Assembly (NCBI GenBank): GCA_017558865.1
Contig: JAFYTM010000103.1
Coordinates: forward strand, 1-63,350
DNA: 63,350 nucleotides
From: Lachnospiraceae bacterium
Lineage (GTDB): Bacteria; Bacillota; Clostridia; Lachnospirales; Lachnospiraceae
Reading direction: 5' to 3'
The notes under the pieces were generated by a model. It worked only from the letters and a program-made list of their open reading frames with translations, was not told the origin of the DNA and did no database searches. Below are positions 47,130-56,873 of the stretch, in pieces. Every line of letters starts with the position of its first letter. The stretch's first letter is position 1. The translations under genes were made by a program, and so were the position numbers.

Positions 47130-49802
47130 TTATTTTCTGTTCTGCCGCGCCTCACACAGGAAAATATAATACTTTGCAGCCATATCCTGCTGATTTCCCC
47201 TCAGTACCATCGCGTACAGATTTTTTGCTTCGTAATAATTACCGCGTTCAAAAAGCTCCATCGCTTTATCAAATACATGCTGTGTCTGCTTCATAATGCG
47301 GATCTGCTCCGCTGTACGGTCATCATAGATATCGTACAGAGCAAGATCCAGCTCTGCAGTCTTCAATCGACCAATATAACGGTTTGCATAAGAATTGATA
47401 TTTACAATATGTTTATATGCAGCCTCGGTTACAAGGAAGCGGCTTCCCATCTGATTCAGGAACTCTGCGTTTGATAGAAGTTTTTCAAATTCCGGTGCAA
47501 TAACAACCGGAATATAACGTTCATCATCTCCGCAGATACCAAAGTATACTTCTGTCTGATCCATGACAAAAGATACATTCAGCTGTTCCTCTTCCGCGTA
47601 CAGTTTGTTATCCGCATCAATCCTTGCCAGGATTGTTAAAGCTGCCACAATCGCGGAATCCACACCATTCTGACAGATCAGCATCATACTCTGGAGATTC
47701 GCATCATCTACGATGGATATAATATCCTGCTGCTGTGTAAAGCGATTAATGATATTAAAGAACCGGTTCATCAGTGTCTCCGTCTGATCCAGTGACAGAG
47801 ATTCTTCCATATGCATACGCACATTTAAGATCGCCAGATCACCCTTTACATTACTTCCAAGTGTCAACGATCCAAGATTGTTCTTACCCAAAAGACTGAC
47901 AATACTTGGCGGTACGAACCGATAATAGGTCTGGCTCATACGTTCCAGATTCAGGATCTGTACATTGATATCATCTGCCATCTTGTTAAAGACTCTCGCA
48001 ATACCAGTCAGCTCATCTTCCGATGTCGTATGAATACGAACGCTTCGGTCTCCATCCGCAAAAAGCTGCATCTCTCTTCGCATCGCTCCCAGAGGGAACA
48101 GAATATGATAGAACATGAACAATAGGACTGTCATCAGAATAACCAGAAATGCGATACACACAACTGAAAAATCCTTAATGTAGGTAAACAGATATGCATC
48201 CATATTCGCGGTATAGACACCTGTCTCCAGAAGATATACGGTCTGTCCTGACAGACCTCCGATCGGTGTCACACAGATCAGTCTCTCTCCCTGACCGTCT
48301 CTGATCGTACCGGTCACGGATTCACCCGTCAATGCCGCCTTGTAATACAGTTCTTCTGCACTCTGATTCATCAGAATACCAAAGGGATAAAAACAAGGAT
48401 TGTTGATATCTACACCAATATACAGATCTCCATTCTCATAGTAGATCGCTCTTGTATACAGATCACGGGTCGCCATCTGCTGACTCAGGTAACTGTAAGC
48501 TTCTCCTGAATAATCATATGGATATTCAATCTCATTGAAAGATTCCTGTCCAAACAGTGCCGCCAGCATATTGCCTTCATCCACTGCCTGTTTTACAAAG
48601 TTCTCCTGGATTGCTTCTTTATAGTACTGGAATGAGATTGTTCCAAAAAGAATCATCGTCACAACCAGAACCGGAACGGTTGCACTGACCAGACGTTCCA
48701 TAATTGTATGACCGCCTTTAATACTGGAAACAAATATCGTCAGCAAAAGATAGATTCCAACGGTCACAGCCGCATATTTGAGCCACTGGGATACAAGGGA
48801 AGACAAAACAAACAATGCACCATATTTAAATTCCGTTACGGTATGTACAACTCCATCCTGTGCCATCAGAAGATTAAAATCTCCCGTCTGACTGTTCTCC
48901 ACCAGTGCAGCAAAGCTTTTCAGACTGGACATGGACATCACCAGTACATCTCTTGGGGTATACTGACCAGATCCGGTGAATGGACTGTTTCCATTCAACA
49001 TAATCTCCTCATCCCCGTTCTCCAGATTCAGCTTGATCACATTGCCGGTCTCATGCTCTCCCAGATAGATATATCCGCTTTCCGCATACGCAATATATGA
49101 CGGATACATCAATGTCTGCAGCATTCTTGCCGGATAAACTTCCTGCACTCTTTCTTCACTCGCACAGTATACCTTTCCGGAATCTGATATATAGACCAGG
49201 TTGGTGCTGTTTGCGATTGCTTTATAAATGCCCTCCCCCACTTTCAGAGGATAGGTTCTTGTATTCTTTAAAGATAAGGTATCGTCCAGAACAGAACCAA
49301 ATTCATAGCTTTCACGAATGGCTTCACTTTCATAGGAATCTGTTCCGATCAAAGTGATCGTATCACCTGATGCATTCAGCCATCCATAACGGTAATTCTC
49401 CTCGCTGGACAACGCAAAAACTTTCCTCTCTTTTGCAATCGTCCCGGAAAAATCCAGTACCATCAATTCCTGAGACATCCGATCTCCATCATAGCGATTT
49501 ACACGATCACGCAACACATACACAAGCCCTTCACTGGCGGTAATACCACGAACGCTGTACATATACTCTTTTTCTTCTGTCTTAAAAGACACCGATCGTT
49601 CTACGCGTCCGTCAAGATCTACCTTTGCTATGACGGTCCTGTCATCCTCGTTCCAGCTTACAAAACTGTATCCGCCATCAGAGATGCAAAATGCATACAG
49701 CGAATCTACAGGGCTTTTGCTTCCCTGCAGGCTCTGATAACCTGCCACGATACCAGCTGCGACCAGAACGATCAGCAATATTCTTCTCAACACTTTATTC
49801 AT
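47130..49802 (-). CDS. Multi-pass membrane sensor with HAMP and degenerate class III nucleotide-cyclase-like domain
   Basis: About 4 TM segments; HAMP (PLGAM...DELTGIARVFNKMA); YYRFVPPSIVSLLG cyclase lead-in; C-terminal TPR-like helices. Confidence 0.75.
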   Translation of the reverse strand: MNKVLRRILLIVLVAAGIVAGYQSLQGSKSPVDSLYAFCISDGGYSFVSWNEDDRTVIAKVDLDGRVERSVSFKTEEKEYMYSVRGITASEGLVYVLRDRVNRYDGDRMSQELMVLDFSGTIAKERKVFALSSEENYRYGWLNASGDTITLIGTDSYESEAIRESYEFGSVLDDTLSLKNTRTYPLKVGEGIYKAIANSTNLVYISDSGKVYCASEERVQEVYPARMLQTLMYPSYIAYAESGYIYLGEHETGNVIKLNLENGDEEIMLNGNSPFTGSGQYTPRDVLVMSMSSLKSFAALVENSQTGDFNLLMAQDGVVHTVTEFKYGALFVLSSLVSQWLKYAAVTVGIYLLLTIFVSSIKGGHTIMERLVSATVPVLVVTMILFGTISFQYYKEAIQENFVKQAVDEGNMLAALFGQESFNEIEYPYDYSGEAYSYLSQQMATRDLYTRAIYYENGDLYIGVDINNPCFYPFGILMNQSAEELYYKAALTGESVTGTIRDGQGERLICVTPIGGLSGQTVYLLETGVYTANMDAYLFTYIKDFSVVCIAFLVILMTVLLFMFYHILFPLGAMRREMQLFADGDRSVRIHTTSEDELTGIARVFNKMADDINVQILNLERMSQTYYRFVPPSIVSLLGKNNLGSLTLGSNVKGDLAILNVRMHMEESLSLDQTETLMNRFFNIINRFTQQQDIISIVDDANLQSMMLICQNGVDSAIVAALTILARIDADNKLYAEEEQLNVSFVMDQTEVYFGICGDDERYIPVVIAPEFEKLLSNAEFLNQMGSRFLVTEAAYKHIVNINSYANRYIGRLKTAELDLALYDIYDDRTAEQIRIMKQTQHVFDKAMELFERGNYYEAKNLYAMVLRGNQQDMAAKYYIFLCEARQNRK

Positions 49803-49831
49803 CTGTATCTGTCCCCGCTTTTCTTTCTGGT

Positions 49832-50722
49832 CTACTCCTCATTACCCAGATACACATCTCCGATATATTCAATGCCATAATAGCTGATATTATTCTCATA
49901 AGCTTTTCGGATCTTCCATCGTGTATGTATCTGATTCCCCGCATAGATCAGGGTCACCATCACCAGGATGGTTAAAAATGCAGTCATGGAATTCCTGAAC
50001 AGGAAATTTTTCACCCGGTAAAACCGGCTTCCCAACCACCACAGGATTCCTCTGCGCTCTGTCGGCACATCGGCCATGCCGCGGATGAGCGAGATCATAT
50101 GTCCAACTGAAGCGAACCCCGTCGTACGCATCTTGAGATAAAACAATCTCAGATCATCCGGATAATCCTCGGGATTATCATATCTTCCCTTATAGTTCAG
50201 TTCCAGAATATGAAAAACCATCTCCGCTATTTTCTGCAGATATCGATTTTCATCCTTTCCGTGCTCCATTCGGGAAAAATCAAGAAAATAGTTAAAATGG
50301 ATATCTCCGTCCCGCGTCAGATTGATATTTCTCTCATCCAGCAGCACGATTCCCATATCCGGATCCACACCGCTCTCCACACAGGCGGCAGCCAGATTCA
50401 GGGCTGCCCGTTTACAATCCTTGAACTCTGCCAGATAGACACTGCCCAAAAGGGAAAGCAGGCTTTCGTGATAATAGCGAAATACCAGATTCAGACGGTT
50501 TTCATAGATGAAGGAACCGAGAAAATCACGATTGGAAAAAAACAATCTCTCTGTATTCAGTTTTTCCGTCATAAGCTTCCGATACTTGGTATCACGGATC
50601 GATACCATCGTATAAAACAAACCTGTATTTTTCTTCAAATCCGTGCATACATACACATCATTGATTTCACTTTGCAGGATCGTCCGGACAATCTCCAGTT
50701 CCATATTCAATGCAGGAAACAT
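49832..50722 (-). CDS. Membrane-anchored protein with degenerate protein-kinase-like N-terminal domain
   Basis: VYVC.D, LNLVFRY, LLDERNINL..DG...F.YFLDF in kinase-subdomain order, but lacking GxGxxG, HRD and DFG; C-terminal TM segment. Confidence 0.55.
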   Translation of the reverse strand: MFPALNMELEIVRTILQSEINDVYVCTDLKKNTGLFYTMVSIRDTKYRKLMTEKLNTERLFFSNRDFLGSFIYENRLNLVFRYYHESLLSLLGSVYLAEFKDCKRAALNLAAACVESGVDPDMGIVLLDERNINLTRDGDIHFNYFLDFSRMEHGKDENRYLQKIAEMVFHILELNYKGRYDNPEDYPDDLRLFYLKMRTTGFASVGHMISLIRGMADVPTERRGILWWLGSRFYRVKNFLFRNSMTAFLTILVMVTLIYAGNQIHTRWKIRKAYENNISYYGIEYIGDVYLGNEE

Positions 50723-50741
50723 CTATTTCACCTGTTATTAC

Positions 50742-52535
50742 CTATTCTTCCATCTGTTTCTGAGATACGATCACAAATGCATGTGTGTAGATCTCAGGAT
50801 CACTCAGGGCATTCACCCGAATCTCATATACACCTTCCTGTGCAGGAGCTGTATACAAACCATTGTTATCGATCTTGCCGCCCTCTGGATCAAGCAGCGT
50901 ATAGCTCAGTGCTTCCTCCGGCATATTGATGAATACCGGCGTAATATGTACACTTCCCTTCGGCGGAAGAACAACGGTATCCGGCTGTACCATAATGCAG
51001 CCCTTCTGTTCCTTCACCTTGTAAACTCTCTGCTCCAGATCCTCCGGCTTAAATGCATACCAACGGATACGCAGTCCGATCTTACCCATCTTCACTTTTG
51101 GACGAACACCCACGATAAAGGTGCCTCTGTCAGGAAGAATCTTGATCGCCTGATCCAGCTGGAACACCTTGTCATCTGTCACAGTACTGTCCGCTGAAAA
51201 GATACTTCCGTCTCCAAGAATGATTGATTCCCTTTCATTTTTGGAAGCCGGATCTCTGCTGATATATTCTACTCCGATTTCTACATACACCGGACCATTG
51301 CCCAGTCCATGCATGATTTCATCAGAAAAATAAACCTTTCCAACTTCTCCGCCGCTTCCAAGAGACATCTCAAACACACCGCTGCTGTTTGTTCTCTTCT
51401 GGACAGCAGAACCATCTGCAGACGTCGTGCTGGTTCTGGTCACAGGTGTTGCTTCCGGAGTCCCTTCCTGAGAAGTGATGGTCAGATACTCATGCAGCTT
51501 TTCCAGAATCATAAGCTGTTCTGTATTGCATACATACTGATCAAACGGTGCTCTTTCCACATGATCGATCAGCAGATGCATATTGGCACGAAGCAGACGA
51601 ATCTCTGCAATCCAGAGCTTTTCGTCATATTTTTTATCCAACTCCACATCCAGCGTTTCTTTATAGCTGTTGCGATGCACATAATCCATAACTGTACCAA
51701 ATGCCGGTGTGATCGACTGAACAATATCAGGAAGCGTCACATCTATACCCGGTTTATGCACTTCCATGCCAGTGAACGATACCCGAATATCTTCATTACC
51801 AAAGATATAATCTTCCGGATGGAATGCCTGTTCCAGAATCAGAACATCTCCATACTCCTGACTGAAATGATCTGCACGAATTTCTGTTTCCTTCGGCATC
51901 AAACCATCTGCAGACATTTTGCAGGAAAAAGAACATACACACGGCACATAACTGCGCTTACGGATCTCCGTACGACCTTTCATGACCACACCTGGAACCA
52001 GAAACGTTGGAAGATACTGTGTGATACATATATCTTCATCCTGATACAGAATCAAAGACGCAATATACTTATCCTCTTCCTTCGCCTCAATCGCACAGTC
52101 TTTACGGTCTCTCAGAAACAGACGATAGCTTTCTTTCACATGATTGTATTGCTTTCCATCGCCATTTGCCCCATTCTCCATGACAGAGTAAACAGGCTCC
52201 GATGCTTCTTCCGTATATTCAATTCCCAGACAAGCATTCTCTGTCTTCAGTTCACTGTAACCTTCAATCGTAGAAAGCTTGATCACCTGCGTCTGCGGAA
52301 CAACGATCTCCCGTCCGCCCGCATCCAGAGCCAGACCCGACTGCAGGATAATCGAAGAATCATCTGCTGCAACCACATCCATGCCATAGACGATACCGGA
52401 ACCATGCAGGGTTCTGTTAAGCAGTCTGCGTTTATCATTCATATATCCCTGCTCACTCTGAAAATCTTTCGAGGTCAGTAATTTTCCATAGTAGTAATTG
52501 TTCCGTTCGAACGAATAATATTTACGGTTATACAT
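50742..52535 (-). CDS. CIS-associated fibre/baseplate-adaptor-like protein with C-terminal Ig-like domain
   Basis: N-terminal RNNYYYGKLLTSKDF..EQ.Y...KRRLLNR.LHG.GIV.G..V...GLALDAGGREIVV, as seen in CIS fibre-attachment domains; C-terminal GKIDNNGLYTAP. Confidence 0.6.
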   Translation of the reverse strand: MYNRKYYSFERNNYYYGKLLTSKDFQSEQGYMNDKRRLLNRTLHGSGIVYGMDVVAADDSSIILQSGLALDAGGREIVVPQTQVIKLSTIEGYSELKTENACLGIEYTEEASEPVYSVMENGANGDGKQYNHVKESYRLFLRDRKDCAIEAKEEDKYIASLILYQDEDICITQYLPTFLVPGVVMKGRTEIRKRSYVPCVCSFSCKMSADGLMPKETEIRADHFSQEYGDVLILEQAFHPEDYIFGNEDIRVSFTGMEVHKPGIDVTLPDIVQSITPAFGTVMDYVHRNSYKETLDVELDKKYDEKLWIAEIRLLRANMHLLIDHVERAPFDQYVCNTEQLMILEKLHEYLTITSQEGTPEATPVTRTSTTSADGSAVQKRTNSSGVFEMSLGSGGEVGKVYFSDEIMHGLGNGPVYVEIGVEYISRDPASKNERESIILGDGSIFSADSTVTDDKVFQLDQAIKILPDRGTFIVGVRPKVKMGKIGLRIRWYAFKPEDLEQRVYKVKEQKGCIMVQPDTVVLPPKGSVHITPVFINMPEEALSYTLLDPEGGKIDNNGLYTAPAQEGVYEIRVNALSDPEIYTHAFVIVSQKQMEE

Positions 52536-55500
52536 CTACTCCTCGTCCTCTCTCTCCTTTTTTCTCGCTCTGTATATCAAATATGTTCCCACACCTGCCA
52601 GCAGGACCGCTGCACTGTACATCACCATGAACATCGGAAATTCTTCTTCCTTCTCACGGTACTCCACAGGAGCCGCAATCGAAAAGACACTCAGGTGATC
52701 TACTTTTGCATAAGCAATTCTGTTGGAACGTCTGGTATTGTAAATTTCTACGGTTCCATCTTCTCCCAGATGAACGACATGAATGATCGCATTCTCATAC
52801 TCTGCCGGAATCGGAAGACCAATCTCAATCTCTCCATTCGGCTGAATCTCTTCTTCCTCTACCATAAGCGTAATATCATAACTGGATACTACACCATAAG
52901 TATCGCTGATCATCTGCTTTACAACATTTTCCGCATTCTCTGTTACCTGCGTCTGCGCTACTTTCAGCTGTACGCCTTCCGGAAGCGTATCCTCCTCTGC
53001 GGAGACAACTGCTCCATAGGTCGCATTACGAAGAATCACATCCGTGTAGCTTGGACCTGACTCTGCATCAGAAAAGCTCCGACGGCTCTGAAGACGGGTG
53101 CCGGTATTGAATTCGATCTGCTCCTCTTCTTCCACCTGCTCCTCTTCCACGATCGGCTCTTTTACCGTATAACCGACCGATATCACCTTGCTGTCCTGCA
53201 TATGATCCTTGACTGCGATGACTTTAAAATTCGTTGCTTTATTAACAATGATCGGTCCTGTGTACAGCGTAGACTTTTCAGAATCATCCGGTTCTGTACC
53301 ATCCGTCCGATAATAAATTCTTGCATCTTCCGTCTCAGAAGTAAATGTAATCTGTGTGCCCATCTCCAGCTCGCCGCTTGCGAAATTCGCAGTCGGTGTC
53401 TCTACCTGACCGGCAAAACTATAAGTAAATGTACTCACTTCTGATGGCTGGTAATCATCTTCAACTGCAATTGCCCTGATCGTCATTGCCGCATTGATCT
53501 CGATTCCATTCCGATACAGATTACTTCCCGAAGTCGGATCAGATCCATCGGTGGTATAATAAATATTTCCTGCTTCTGCTGCCAGAGTAACCACATACGT
53601 TTTCGTAAACACTGCTCCGTTTGGAACAGAAGCCGTCGGTGCAGACAATTTATCCATGATAACATATGTAAAAGATGCAATCGAGGTGGTTTTCTCCACA
53701 CCATCTGTCAGTGCCAGCGCCATGATCGTGATCTTCTCACCCGGCTCTCCACTGATCGTAACAGAACTCCCCTTTGTACTATTCTCTGTCGGTGTCGTTC
53801 CGTCCGTCGTATAATAAATGTCTGCATCCGACATATCTGTATTCAACCGAATCACTTCCCCGTTCTTCACGGTACTTCCGGTCTCTTTATCTGCATAAAT
53901 ACCTCCAGCATAAGTACTGATGCTATAACTGTATGTATTGACATCGCTGTCACTGTATCCATTCTTCGTTACATACGCACGAAGCATGATCATCGCGCCT
54001 GCATCTCCGCTGATCACAGCCGTATTTCCGACCTGAACCTTTTTATTCGCTGCATCTCTTGGATCACTTCCATCCAATGTATAGTGAATTGTCACACCAT
54101 CTGCCGCATCCAGTGTAACAATCGTACCGGATGCAAGCACGGCTCCTGTCTCAACAGAGGCCGTCGGTGCAGAAAGTTTTTCAGAAACGGTATAGGAAAA
54201 TGTCACAACCGCACTCTTCATACCATCCTTTACTGCAAACGCTTTGATCGTTGTCTTCTTCTTAATCTTCAAAGGATTCGACGCATCATATACATGGCTG
54301 TTCTCTGTCGGCTCCTTCGGAACCTCATCCCCATATGCGATCTCATAATAAATCAGCGCATCCTTTGTGGAGCTGTTCAGGATCACCTCTGTATTCTCCG
54401 CTACGGAACCAGATGACGGTGCGGCATATGGCGAAGCGACCGGAGTCGGATACTGGAAGATCAATCTTGACAGCTCACTGACCGTCAATCCCTTCTTATA
54501 AGAGACTGCCGTGATCGTCAGCATCGTATTCTCCCCCGACTCAGGAACCGTGATTCCTTCTGCACTGGAATACTGTCTGGTATTGCCTCCAGGCAGCCCT
54601 GTCTCTTCATCAAAGACCGGTTCGCTGCCATCCAGCGTATAATAGATAAGGGCTCCTTCTGTATTGGAATACAACTGGATCTTATCCCCCGCTTTTACTA
54701 CGGTCGGTGTCTCTGCACTGGTAAGCGGAATCGATGTTACCTTCTCTACAGATGCCAGCATACTGACTTTATAAGTAAATCTTACGATCGGACTGTCTTT
54801 TTTTACACGATAAATGCCATTGCCGTCAGCAGCTTTCTCATAAGTAACCGCCTGTGCCATGATCGTAAAATTCCTGCCGTAGGCAGCAAACGAATCATTG
54901 ACTGTGATCGGCTGACCGCTGATATACTCATAAGTACCCTCTCCTCCGGTCAATGTCCCGTTGGCTGTATCCACCTGGATAAGCGGAGCACTTCCATTCG
55001 TCGTATAGAAAATCCGGCTTCCCGGCGTCGCACAGCCCAGAGAAATATTGCTTCCCATCTCTACCGCCGTCGGTACATCATCTGTCGTAGTCACCGATGC
55101 CGTCGGCAGTTCCGTTGTATCGGACATCTCATACGTGTAGCGGTATGTCTGTCCCGTGCCTGGATCATAACCATTCTCTATATAAAGAATTGAGAACGAT
55201 ACTGAGTTATGGACACGCACAGATTCATCAATCGTAATTGTTCCAGTGGTACCCTCAATAATCTCCAGAGACTCACTTTCTATCTGATACCACAAACCAT
55301 TGAGTTTCATATAATACTTCTTATTCAGCTCCAGAACTATAAGCGAGCCGGAACCATTCTTTCCCTCCAATGCAGTGCGGTCAGAATCCGTCAATACTGC
55401 CTTACTCAACTGCAGAACATCCGTACTGTCAGTGGAATACAACAAGATACCCGCATTGCCTCCAGTCACCTGAATCGCGATTTCGTTCCCTACATCCACA

Positions 55501-56804
55501 CCGGAACCCGATGAAGGTGTCACAGCAACGACTGCGGGTGATATCCCCAATGTCGTTGGACTAAGTCGCCGTTCCAATATTTTACTTGATCTATAGCTAT
55601 CCTTTTCTGCATCACTGACAGGTATATGTCTCACATACAGATACCTCTTTCCATTTGCATAGAATGGTTCTGTATATGTCTGCCAGGAGATCCTTCTCTG
55701 AGCATCCTTACTTAACTGCGTATCACTCAGGTGATACTGCAGCTTTCCCACATTCGATTCAGTATCTGTATCAATCAACCGAATGGTATCATCGACAGAA
55801 AGTGGCTTTGAAATATCCATTCCACTCTCCGTAGCGATAGATGGTACATTCAACTGCTTAAGATTCCCAAAATCATAATTATGGGAAGTATACACAAAGA
55901 CATCCACATCCATGCTGTGATGAACAGAACCATCTGTATGCAGCACAGTAGCATATACATCCATTGGCTGGATCGTGATCATCTCAATCCATTTAACCGC
56001 TTTATCATTCTGTTCCAGATCAATATCCGTTCCTTCTGAATACTGACAAAGTCCCTTCTTCTGTACAAAGCCATTGATCAGATTCTGAATCGAATCATAA
56101 TGATCATTGGTAATAATCAAGTTGTTCGGATCAATATCATAGCCGTTCAGTTGTGTATTCTGAGCTATACATTCTTTATAATATTCCAGCAGCTCATCTC
56201 CCAGATACGATTTCGTACTGCCATCTGTAACTACCCGATAATAAGTCGTTGCCTGTCTTCCTACATAATTAAAATACTCATAATAATATCCAGAATTTCC
56301 ATCTGCTATGGAAAAGCTTTTATCCGCACCGTTCCAGACATGACCTTCACCTGCTTCAATAGTCGTTCCCCATTCGACACGGGTATTCTGTACCAATCCG
56401 GTAGCTTCAAGCTGACTCAGACAGAACGTATCCTCAAAATCCGTAACATAACACGTCGTTCCTACAGATGGAGATCCCGCATCATATGTTATGGTATTCG
56501 ATGCATCAGAACCATCACTCAAAGATAATTCCTGATTCGAAGTGACCTGAAGCTTCTGCCAGAACTGTGTACCCGCCGCAATATATCTGTCATTCCAAAA
56601 AGTGGTATCCCTCAGGATCAGGGGAGCACCTGGTATTATCTGTTCCGTAGATCCCACGCTCCCCTGCGTTGCCCACACATTGGAAGCCTGATGTACCGAT
56701 ACTACCATCAAAAAAGCCAGTACCAGACAGAGAGTGCCTGTGAAAGCAGTCCTCCATTTATAATCTTTATGAAGTTTTAAAGAAAAAAATTTTTTCAGCT
56801 TCAT
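52536..56804 (-). CDS. Large cell-surface protein with chitobiase/beta-hexosaminidase C-terminal (Fn3-associated) repeats
   Basis: Signal peptide; about 7 I.YT.DG..P repeats; C-terminal TM followed by RARKK. Confidence 0.85.
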   Translation of the reverse strand: MKLKKFFSLKLHKDYKWRTAFTGTLCLVLAFLMVVSVHQASNVWATQGSVGSTEQIIPGAPLILRDTTFWNDRYIAAGTQFWQKLQVTSNQELSLSDGSDASNTITYDAGSPSVGTTCYVTDFEDTFCLSQLEATGLVQNTRVEWGTTIEAGEGHVWNGADKSFSIADGNSGYYYEYFNYVGRQATTYYRVVTDGSTKSYLGDELLEYYKECIAQNTQLNGYDIDPNNLIITNDHYDSIQNLINGFVQKKGLCQYSEGTDIDLEQNDKAVKWIEMITIQPMDVYATVLHTDGSVHHSMDVDVFVYTSHNYDFGNLKQLNVPSIATESGMDISKPLSVDDTIRLIDTDTESNVGKLQYHLSDTQLSKDAQRRISWQTYTEPFYANGKRYLYVRHIPVSDAEKDSYRSSKILERRLSPTTLGISPAVVAVTPSSGSGVDVGNEIAIQVTGGNAGILLYSTDSTDVLQLSKAVLTDSDRTALEGKNGSGSLIVLELNKKYYMKLNGLWYQIESESLEIIEGTTGTITIDESVRVHNSVSFSILYIENGYDPGTGQTYRYTYEMSDTTELPTASVTTTDDVPTAVEMGSNISLGCATPGSRIFYTTNGSAPLIQVDTANGTLTGGEGTYEYISGQPITVNDSFAAYGRNFTIMAQAVTYEKAADGNGIYRVKKDSPIVRFTYKVSMLASVEKVTSIPLTSAETPTVVKAGDKIQLYSNTEGALIYYTLDGSEPVFDEETGLPGGNTRQYSSAEGITVPESGENTMLTITAVSYKKGLTVSELSRLIFQYPTPVASPYAAPSSGSVAENTEVILNSSTKDALIYYEIAYGDEVPKEPTENSHVYDASNPLKIKKKTTIKAFAVKDGMKSAVVTFSYTVSEKLSAPTASVETGAVLASGTIVTLDAADGVTIHYTLDGSDPRDAANKKVQVGNTAVISGDAGAMIMLRAYVTKNGYSDSDVNTYSYSISTYAGGIYADKETGSTVKNGEVIRLNTDMSDADIYYTTDGTTPTENSTKGSSVTISGEPGEKITIMALALTDGVEKTTSIASFTYVIMDKLSAPTASVPNGAVFTKTYVVTLAAEAGNIYYTTDGSDPTSGSNLYRNGIEINAAMTIRAIAVEDDYQPSEVSTFTYSFAGQVETPTANFASGELEMGTQITFTSETEDARIYYRTDGTEPDDSEKSTLYTGPIIVNKATNFKVIAVKDHMQDSKVISVGYTVKEPIVEEEQVEEEEQIEFNTGTRLQSRRSFSDAESGPSYTDVILRNATYGAVVSAEEDTLPEGVQLKVAQTQVTENAENVVKQMISDTYGVVSSYDITLMVEEEEIQPNGEIEIGLPIPAEYENAIIHVVHLGEDGTVEIYNTRRSNRIAYAKVDHLSVFSIAAPVEYREKEEEFPMFMVMYSAAVLLAGVGTYLIYRARKKEREDEE

Positions 56805-56873
56805 ATACGCACTCCTCTTTATGGTACTTTATCATATGTCTTTCAAATATTCATCACTCGTTCGGGTAGTCTT

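Noticed and set aside
9835-52481. Long plus-strand ORFs (e.g. 9835..10800, 17684..18880, 19777..20937, 42560..43648, 51309..52481)
   Set aside because: Antisense shadows of well-supported minus-strand genes, expected from codon bias; they have no motifs of their own.
45449-52535. Type VII or canonical type VI secretion membrane complex
   Set aside because: No FtsK/EssC ATPase, WXG100 protein, TssJLM, TssK or ClpV is recognisable; there is only a loose analogy to EssB.
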